In this document: piece by piece, positions 57,625 to 64,000 of the stretch
How the letters are laid out: each line of letters begins with the position of its first letter
How positions within the stretch are numbered: position 1 is the first letter of the stretch
Assembly (NCBI GenBank): GCA_030619865.1
Contig: JAUXAP010000001.1
Coordinates: forward strand, 2,214-66,213
Direction of reading: 5' to 3'
Length of the DNA: 64,000 nt
From: Dehalococcoidia bacterium
Lineage (GTDB): Bacteria > Chloroflexota > Dehalococcoidia > Dehalococcoidales > JAUXAP01
Notes under the pieces: model-generated
Database searches by the model: none
What the model was told of the DNA's origin: nothing
Seen by the model: only the letters and a program-made list of their open reading frames with translations
Position numbers and translations under genes: made by a program

Positions 57625-60600
57625 TTGACTAAACCATCTAAAGTGTTAATCATCGGTTCGGGTCCCATCATCATCGGGCAGGCGGCGGAGTTTGACTACG
57701 CCGGTACTCAGGCGTGCAAGGCAATGCGGGAGGAGGGAGTAACCTCGGTGCTGGTCAACTCCAACCCGGCTACCATTATGACCGATGAGGGCATCGCCGA
57801 TATTATCTATATTGAACCGCTGACCGTGGATATGGTCACCCGCATTATTGAGCGGGAGCGCCCTGATGGGCTGCTGCCCACCCTTGGCGGTCAGACGGGA
57901 CTTAACCTGGCGGTGGATTTGGCTGATGCCGGCGTCCTGGATAAATACAAGGTAAAGAGCCTGGGGACGTCGATACAAACGATAAGGAATGCCGAAGACC
58001 GGGAACTGTTCAAGCAACTGCTAATCAATATCGGCGAGCCGGTGCCAGAAAGCCAGACTGTAAACAACCTCAAAGAAGCCAGGAAGGTGGCTAAAAAGAT
58101 AGGTCTGCCTGTGGTAATTCGCCCCGCTTATACCCTGGGGGGGACTGGGGGAGGCTTCGCTACTACCTGGAAAGAGCTGGATAAGGCAGCCACCGCAGGC
58201 TTAGCCGCCAGCCCTATCCACCAGATACTGCTGGAAGAATCAGTAGCTGGCTGGAAGGAGATAGAGTATGAGGTGATGCGCGACGGCGCGGATAACTGCA
58301 TCACTATTTGTAATATGGAAAATATCGACCCGATGGGGGTGCACACCGGCGATAGCATTGTCGTTGCTCCCAGCCAGACGCTGACCAATAAAGAGTACCA
58401 GATGCTGAGAACGGCCAGCCTCAAGATTATCCGTGCCCTGGGTGTTGAGGGTGGCTGCAATATACAATTTGCCCTTGACCCTAACAGCAATGATTACTAT
58501 GTAATTGAGGTCAATCCCCGCGTCAGCCGTAGCTCAGCCCTGGCCAGTAAAGCTACTGGTTATCCCATTGCCCGCGTGGCGGCCAAGATAGCTGTCGGCA
58601 AGAGGCTTGATGAAATTCCTAACGCCGTAACCGGAAAAACGATGGCTTCCTTTGAGCCAGCACTGGACTACCTGGTGGTCAAAATACCACGCTGGCCATT
58701 TGACAAGTTTGCCTCAGGGGACCGGGTTCTCAGTACCCAGATGAAAGCTACTGGCGAGGTAATGGCTATTGACCGCTGCTTTGAGGCCGCTTTACAGAAA
58801 GCAATTCGCTCCCTTGAGTTTAGTAACAGGTCATTGCTCTGGGAAAACCCAAAGTGGGAGCTGGGAACAAATATCAATTCTTACCCCTTAGAACCTAACG
58901 ACCTGAGGTTATGGGCGATTATGGCCGCACTGAGAAGAGGGATAACCACCGAAGAGATAGTCCGGCTTACCAAGATTGACCTCTGGTTCATTGACAAACT
59001 GCAGAACATTATAGATATGGAAAAACAACTCCTGTCCCAACCACTAACGCCAGAACTCCTGCGGCAGGCCAAGCGGTTTGGCTTCTCTGATGAGCAGATT
59101 GGAACTCTGGCTGATAGGCTCCCTGAGCAGGTAAGGCAGCTGCGTCGTAATTGGCAAATCCGTCCCGTTTATAAGATGGTAGATACCTGCGCTGCTGAGT
59201 TTGATGCTGGCACTCCTTACTTCTACAGCACCTATGAACAGGAAAACGAGGCTGAGCCACTCAAGGGAAACAAGGCGGTAGTCATCGGCAGCGGCCCCAT
59301 CCGCATTGGACAGGGTATTGAGTTTGACTACTGCAGTGTCCATTCAGCCTGGGCACTACAGGAATCTGGTTATAAGAGCATCATGATAAACTCCAATCCG
59401 GAAACAGTGTCCACCGATTTTGACACCAGCGACCGCCTCTACTTCGAAGCCCTGGATGAAGAAAGCCTACGTGATATCCTGGAGAATGAAAGCGAGACTG
59501 AATTTTCGAGCAATGCCTGTCCATCAATAGTCCAGTTTGGCGGGCAGACGGCTATAAATCTAGCCGAGCCTCTATCTCGCAATGGGATGCCTCTGCTTGG
59601 CTCCAGTGCTGAGGCTATTGACCTCGCCGAGGACAGGCGCCGATTTGAGAACTTCCTTGGCGAGCTGGGTATCCCCCAACCACCAGGAGCCGGAGTAACC
59701 TCTGTAGATGAAGCCCTCGGTGTCGCTAAGCTTATCGGTTACCCGGTATTGGTTCGCCCCAGCTATGTTCTCGGTGGCAGAGCTATGGAAATAGTGCATG
59801 ACACCAGTGAACTCATCCGCTACATGAAGCTGGCTATAGAACTGGATACCAAGCACCCCATCCTAATTGATAAATATCTAGAGGGGAAAGAGGTAGAGGT
59901 TGACGCCATAGGCGATGGAGAGACTATTCTCATCCCGGGAATAATGGAGCATATTGAACGGGCCGGAGTTCATAGCGGCGATTCTATGGCAGTCTATCCC
60001 GGGGTAAATCTGACTGAGCCAGAGATAGAAACTATTGTCGACTATACCATCAGGATAGGGTTAGCCCTCAAAATTAAGGGTCTGATGAATATCCAGTTTG
60101 TTATCATGCCTAGCGCCACTTCACCATCGGTCTATGTATTGGAAGTAAACCCTCGGGCTAGCCGCACCATCCCCTTTATCTCTAAACTCACCGGGGTGCC
60201 AATAGTAAATGTAGCCACTAAGGTCATGCTAGGTAAAAGCCTTAAAGAGCAAGGTTATAGCACTGGACTATGGAAAAGGCAAAACTTAGTAGGTATTAAA
60301 GCCCCAGTATTTTCTATGTCGAAACTAATTGGTGTCGACACCTATCTTGGTCCTGAAATGAAGTCCACCGGTGAGGTGATGGGGATTGACTATACCTTTG
60401 ATGCTGCCTTAGCCAAAACACTTTTAGCTGCCGGACTAATGCTAGCACCTCAGGGAGCCATACTTTTCAGCATTGCTGATAGGGATAAGCCTGAGGCACT
60501 ACCCATAATCAGACAGTTCGCTAAAGCAGGTTATAAACTCTACGCTACCGAAGGCACAGCAGCCATGATTGAGGCAGTTGGACTTCCGGTAAAAATGGTT

Positions 60601-60861
60601 AGCAAGAAGTTAAGCGAAGGGCATCCCAATATCATTGACATCATCAATGAAGGGACTGTAAACGGGCTGGTCAATACTATTACTGGAGGTCGTACGCAAT
60701 TGCAGGATGGTTTCCAGATCCGTCGGGCGGCTACCGAAAAGCACATCCCCTGCTTTACCTCCCTTGATACGGCTCGAGCTGCTGCTGAGGCACTTGTCAA
60801 TGGAAGCCAAAGCTATAACGCTCAGCCCTTGCCAGACTACCGTCAAAAGGAGCCGGCTTGA
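57625..60861 (+). CDS. carB: Carbamoyl-phosphate synthase large subunit
   Basis: 1078 aa. Duplicated ATP-grasp halves ([22 protein letters not shown] and [17 protein letters not shown]) and a C-terminal MGS-like domain. TTG start 7 nt after GGAG. Confidence 0.97.
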   Translation: MTKPSKVLIIGSGPIIIGQAAEFDYAGTQACKAMREEGVTSVLVNSNPATIMTDEGIADIIYIEPLTVDMVTRIIERERPDGLLPTLGGQTGLNLAVDLADAGVLDKYKVKSLGTSIQTIRNAEDRELFKQLLINIGEPVPESQTVNNLKEARKVAKKIGLPVVIRPAYTLGGTGGGFATTWKELDKAATAGLAASPIHQILLEESVAGWKEIEYEVMRDGADNCITICNMENIDPMGVHTGDSIVVAPSQTLTNKEYQMLRTASLKIIRALGVEGGCNIQFALDPNSNDYYVIEVNPRVSRSSALASKATGYPIARVAAKIAVGKRLDEIPNAVTGKTMASFEPALDYLVVKIPRWPFDKFASGDRVLSTQMKATGEVMAIDRCFEAALQKAIRSLEFSNRSLLWENPKWELGTNINSYPLEPNDLRLWAIMAALRRGITTEEIVRLTKIDLWFIDKLQNIIDMEKQLLSQPLTPELLRQAKRFGFSDEQIGTLADRLPEQVRQLRRNWQIRPVYKMVDTCAAEFDAGTPYFYSTYEQENEAEPLKGNKAVVIGSGPIRIGQGIEFDYCSVHSAWALQESGYKSIMINSNPETVSTDFDTSDRLYFEALDEESLRDILENESETEFSSNACPSIVQFGGQTAINLAEPLSRNGMPLLGSSAEAIDLAEDRRRFENFLGELGIPQPPGAGVTSVDEALGVAKLIGYPVLVRPSYVLGGRAMEIVHDTSELIRYMKLAIELDTKHPILIDKYLEGKEVEVDAIGDGETILIPGIMEHIERAGVHSGDSMAVYPGVNLTEPEIETIVDYTIRIGLALKIKGLMNIQFVIMPSATSPSVYVLEVNPRASRTIPFISKLTGVPIVNVATKVMLGKSLKEQGYSTGLWKRQNLVGIKAPVFSMSKLIGVDTYLGPEMKSTGEVMGIDYTFDAALAKTLLAAGLMLAPQGAILFSIADRDKPEALPIIRQFAKAGYKLYATEGTAAMIEAVGLPVKMVSKKLSEGHPNIIDIINEGTVNGLVNTITGGRTQLQDGFQIRRAATEKHIPCFTSLDTARAAAEALVNGSQSYNAQPLPDYRQKEPA

Positions 60862-61631
60862 AGCAGGTTGTAGCCCCCGTTATTTCTAACAGTGAAGTTA
60901 TGCCAGGGGTTTACCTTATCTGGCTGGAATCCCCCCAGATAGCCTCTGTAGCACAGCCGGGGCAGTTTGTCATGGTGCGTTGTGGAGAAGATACTCTGCT
61001 GCGCCGCCCGTTGAGTATCCATCAGCGAGACAGTGATAAAATTGCACTTTTGGTTAACGTGGTTGGTAAAGGCACACATTGGCTGTCCCAGTGTAAAGGT
61101 GGTAATAACGTAGAAATATTCGGCACGCTGGGTAACGGCTTTACTATTCATCCTACCTCACGTAACCTGCTGTTGGTGGCTGGCGGCATTGGTATTGCAC
61201 CGCTAGGCTTCATGGCCCGGGAAGTTCTGAATCAAGGATGTTCAGTAACACTGCTCTTAGGAGCATCAACCGCCACTCAACTTTACCCCCGGCACTTGCT
61301 GCCTCCTAAAACTGAGCTTATCATTACTACTGAGGACGGAACAATCGGTAAAAAAGGTATGATAACCAACCTCCTGCCAGATTTTGTTGACTGGGCAGAC
61401 CAGGTCTTTGCCTGTGGACCTCTCGGCATGTATAAAGACATGTATACTCAAAGAGAGAAACTACTGAAAACTAAACCGACTCAGGTTTCCCTAGAGGTGA
61501 GGATGGGATGCGGGCGTGGAGTTTGCTATGGCTGCACCGTAAAGACAAAAACGGGACTGAAGCAAGTCTGCAAGGATGGGCCAGTATTTGATTTGGATGA
61601 CATCCCCTGGGATAAACTGGAACTATTATAG
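60858..61631 (+). CDS. pyrK: Dihydroorotate dehydrogenase electron-transfer subunit PyrK (FAD / 2Fe-2S)
   Basis: 257 aa. FNR-like fold (RRPLSI FAD motif, VAGGIGIAP) and a C-terminal cluster CGRGVCYGC...C. It overlaps the carB stop by 4 nt. Confidence 0.88.
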   Translation: MKQVVAPVISNSEVMPGVYLIWLESPQIASVAQPGQFVMVRCGEDTLLRRPLSIHQRDSDKIALLVNVVGKGTHWLSQCKGGNNVEIFGTLGNGFTIHPTSRNLLLVAGGIGIAPLGFMAREVLNQGCSVTLLLGASTATQLYPRHLLPPKTELIITTEDGTIGKKGMITNLLPDFVDWADQVFACGPLGMYKDMYTQREKLLKTKPTQVSLEVRMGCGRGVCYGCTVKTKTGLKQVCKDGPVFDLDDIPWDKLELL

Positions 61632-61680
61632 CAGTAGGTGCCTCGGAATTTAGACAAGGCTTTAAGGCAGGAGACCAGCA

Positions 61681-62610
61681 ATGGCAATGATCGAAGCTTA
61701 CGGGCTGACCAGAAAATTTGGCGAACTTGTAGCCGTAGAAGACCTCAGCCTTGAAATGGCAGAAGGGGAGATACTGGCTTTTCTTGGTCCTAATGGAGCG
61801 GGAAAGACAACCACTATTCGCATGCTTTCAGGTATTATCTCTCCTACCTCAGGTTACGCTGTGATTGCCGGACGACGTACCGATAAGAAAGTCGAGCAGT
61901 TGCATGAAGTCATTGGATTGCTCACCGAGACCCCCGGCTTCTACGATCGACTCAGTGCCCATCGCAACCTTGAGTTCTATGCCGGATTCTACACTGGCCT
62001 TAACATTGACCGTCAGACAGAGAAATACCTCAAGATGATGGGGCTCTGGGAGCGGAGAGAAGACAAGGTGGGCACTTTCTCCAAGGGAATGAAGCAGCGG
62101 CTGGCGCTGGCTAGAGCTTTACTGCATGAACCCCAGGTTCTCTTTCTGGATGAACCGACAGCAGGCTTAGACCCTGAAGTAGCTAGAGAGGTGCGCGAGT
62201 TAATAAAAAGGCTTAGTGAGGAAGGCCGTACCATTTTCCTTTCTACCCATAACCTCACTGAAGCTGAGCTCCTCTGCCACCGTATTGCTGTTGTCCAGAC
62301 TCGACTCCTAGCCCTGGACACTGCGGAGAACCTTCGCCAGCGTCTTTTCCGCCGTCAGGTAGCGGTTCAACTTGAATCTTTGCCAAGCATAATCGTGGAG
62401 ACAGTGGCAGAGTTAACTTTTGTACAGCACGTCAAACAGGACGGAAATCAACTCCTAGTCGAACTGGACGACCCAGAGAGCAACCGCCCCGAGCTGGTTA
62501 GGCATATTGTCGAAGCCGGGGGAAGGATAATGGCTGTTTCTGAAGAGCGGCACTCCCTTGAGGAGGTTTACCTAAACTTGGTTCGAGAGGATAAAAATCA
62601 TGACCAGTAG
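61681..62610 (+). CDS. ABC transporter ATP-binding protein (ABC-2/DrrA-like)
   Basis: 309 aa. Walker A GPNGAGKTT, signature FSKGMKQRL, Walker B LFLDEPTAGLD. Confidence 0.92.
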   Translation: MAMIEAYGLTRKFGELVAVEDLSLEMAEGEILAFLGPNGAGKTTTIRMLSGIISPTSGYAVIAGRRTDKKVEQLHEVIGLLTETPGFYDRLSAHRNLEFYAGFYTGLNIDRQTEKYLKMMGLWERREDKVGTFSKGMKQRLALARALLHEPQVLFLDEPTAGLDPEVAREVRELIKRLSEEGRTIFLSTHNLTEAELLCHRIAVVQTRLLALDTAENLRQRLFRRQVAVQLESLPSIIVETVAELTFVQHVKQDGNQLLVELDDPESNRPELVRHIVEAGGRIMAVSEERHSLEEVYLNLVREDKNHDQ

Positions 62611-63244
62611 GCGCATCGGCAATATCTTGAGGAAGGAATGGCAGGTGATGTCCCGTGACATCAATAGCCTGCTATTTGTCACCTTAATGCCACTGCTCAT
62701 CGTTGGCCAAGCGATACTTCTCATCTGGCTCGTTAACCATTTTGGTGGTGAGGCTATCATAGCCAATCCGATATTCCAGACCGCCTTGGGTAAACTCAGG
62801 GAGGCACTTCCTGCAGCCGCCGGACTTCCTATTGGGGAGCAACTTCAAGTGCTTCTGCTCAGCCAGTTCAATTTTTATCTTCTCCTCATCCCGACAATGA
62901 TTGCTATCAGCTTTGCCACCTTTAGTATCGTTGAAGAAAAGCTATCACGAAGCCTGGAGGCACTTCTGGCAACACCGGTGAGAACCTGGGAACTTCTGCT
63001 GGGCAAGGCTCTCTCAGGGGCCGTGCCAGCGCTATTTGTTACCTGGGCCTGTGCTGCGGTATTCATCTTAGGTATAGTTGGGTTGGGGTGGGGACGATTA
63101 GTTAATCTGATGCTTAACCCTTGTCCTGGCGCTGGGAGTCAGCTTTTTGGATATAATTCTTCTGCGTATTGCCGTAGGTCTCTTCCAGCGGGAGTCTATC
63201 GTGGTCAAGTGGCACTGATGGGACAAATTAGCCACAGGAGGTAG
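62600..63244 (+). CDS. ABC-2 type transporter permease, apparently frameshifted or truncated near 63110-63125
   Basis: The N-terminal 170 aa look like an ABC-2 permease. The last ~40 aa of the track ORF are non-membrane-like. A different frame from about 63111 reads LVLALGVSFLDIILLRIAVGLFQRESIVVKWH* (stop at 63216-63218), a typical ABC-2 permease C-terminus. Confidence 0.55.
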   Translation: MTSRRIGNILRKEWQVMSRDINSLLFVTLMPLLIVGQAILLIWLVNHFGGEAIIANPIFQTALGKLREALPAAAGLPIGEQLQVLLLSQFNFYLLLIPTMIAISFATFSIVEEKLSRSLEALLATPVRTWELLLGKALSGAVPALFVTWACAAVFILGIVGLGWGRLVNLMLNPCPGAGSQLFGYNSSAYCRRSLPAGVYRGQVALMGQISHRR

Positions 63245-63394
63245 CAACTATGGTAATCACCAAGAAAATCAGCCTTCAGACTAGAGGAGAGTGCTGATAT
63301 TATTGATATAATGCAGGATTGATAATGACCTATTTTTTATCCCAAAAACCTAAATAAAAACGGACAAGGTTTGTTAAAAGATAACCACTTATCG

Positions 63395-63423
63395 TTGACA
63401 ACTCAGAGGGAAAATACTATGGT
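63395..63423 (+). promoter_or_regulatory. Candidate promoter TTGACA-N17-TATGGT
   Basis: TTGACA at 63395-63400 and TATGGT at 63418-63423, about 120 nt upstream of ATG 63543. Confidence 0.4.
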
Positions 63424-63542
63424 TATACGCATTAAGAACATATATGACTACTTGGGAACATATTATACGGCATGAGGAGAAGTGTCGTCCAGGTCTCAGG
63501 CATCACATAGTAGAAGCCAGATTTTTAGGAAAGGGGGTTGAA

Positions 63543-64000
63543 ATGCGAGAAGCATTCACCATTAAAGGGATGCATGTCGGAGAACAAGGCATCATGGATG
63601 ATGAGGTTCTAACTTTTTGTAGGCAGATGGGTGTGGAGTACGTTAAAGCAAGTCCTCCAGTAAAAAGAGAGGTTAAGGGCCTGGGCATAGAGGAAAAGGG
63701 CTATTACAACGCTGATTCTCTGGCGGAATGGCGAGAGCACGTTGAGTCATTTGGTCTCAAATTGATTATGATGCAATTGATGCCCTCCCCTTCAATTGTT
63801 GAAATAGGGAAGCGGAGAGGGATGAGTATTATGCTCGGGACACCACAGCGCGACCGTGACATTGAGCGGATGTGCAAGAGTATTGAGGCAGTAGGGAAGG
63901 CGGGAATTCCAATACTGGAGTGGGGCTTTGGTCCTACAAGTTGGGTGCGCAGCATTGGAAGGACTACCGGCCGTGGTGGGATCAAGTATGAATACTTGAA
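63543..64000 (+). CDS. Mannonate dehydratase (UxuA)-like TIM-barrel protein, N-terminal part (runs off the window)
   Basis: My translation from ATG 63543 (SD AAGGGGG) is MREAFTIKGMHVGEQG...GTPQRDRDIERMCKSIEAVGKAGIPILEWGFGPTSWVRS... The G.P.RD..IE......I...G.AGI......F.P..W.R block resembles UxuA. It is absent from the track because there is no stop in the window. Confidence 0.5.
   Translation, partial: MREAFTIKGMHVGEQGIMDDEVLTFCRQMGVEYVKASPPVKREVKGLGIEEKGYYNADSLAEWREHVESFGLKLIMMQLMPSPSIVEIGKRRGMSIMLGTPQRDRDIERMCKSIEAVGKAGIPILEWGFGPTSWVRSIGRTTGRGGIKYEYL

Overview
This 64-kb chromosomal window is mostly housekeeping genes with a few accessory insertions. There is no rRNA, CRISPR array, intact transposase or integrase. 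Gene content looks Chloroflexota/Dehalococcoidia-like: a BNR/Asp-box surface protein, a corrinoid methyltransferase set with a RACE activator, and a tungsten-type AOR. That taxonomic call is inference only.

Gene order:
- A partial RimI-like GNAT.
- An ECF sigma/anti-sigma pair followed by three secreted or lipoprotein genes.
- ruvB, then rpoB-rpoC on the minus strand behind a near-consensus extended -10 promoter.
- A five-gene corrinoid methyltransferase module (B12 protein, URO-D-fold methyltransferase, MetH-activation-domain homolog, RACE activator, pterin-binding methyltransferase), with a convergent aldehyde:ferredoxin oxidoreductase.
- An ECF-S-like membrane protein plus a DUF1893-like protein.
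- tRNA-Ala.
- An AT-richer pentose (araB/araD/FucI-like isomerase/PfkB) block plus a C45 peptidase.
- A four-tRNA cluster (Arg-Trp-Leu-Gly).
- A metallophosphoesterase.
- Two very large acidic surface proteins with matching C-terminal anchor tails.
- A UPF0173 hydrolase.
- CIRCE-hrcA-grpE-dnaK-dnaJ.
- gpsA-plsY-der.
- yggS and a TauE-like permease.
- mutL and pcrA.
- arsR-acr3.
- A PyrR-attenuated pyr operon (pyrR, pyrB fused to a PyrI zinc domain, pyrC, carA, inserted genes, carB, pyrK).
- An ABC-2 transporter pair.
- A partial UxuA-like gene.

Most notable observations:
1. mutL carries a single in-frame TAG exactly at the catalytic Glu29 codon.
2. ruvB has conserved N-terminal coding sequence with no ATG/GTG/TTG start.
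3. rpoB contains a 2 x 180-nt in-frame tandem duplication forming a lineage-specific insertion.
4. The corrinoid locus looks like a MetH split into separate modules.
5. A palindromic MITE-like repeat family has copies at three loci, one abutting a GIY-YIG gene remnant.
6. The paired surface proteins share a tripartite sorting-signal-like tail.
7. An AT-rich orphan gene plus a MITE sits between carA and carB.
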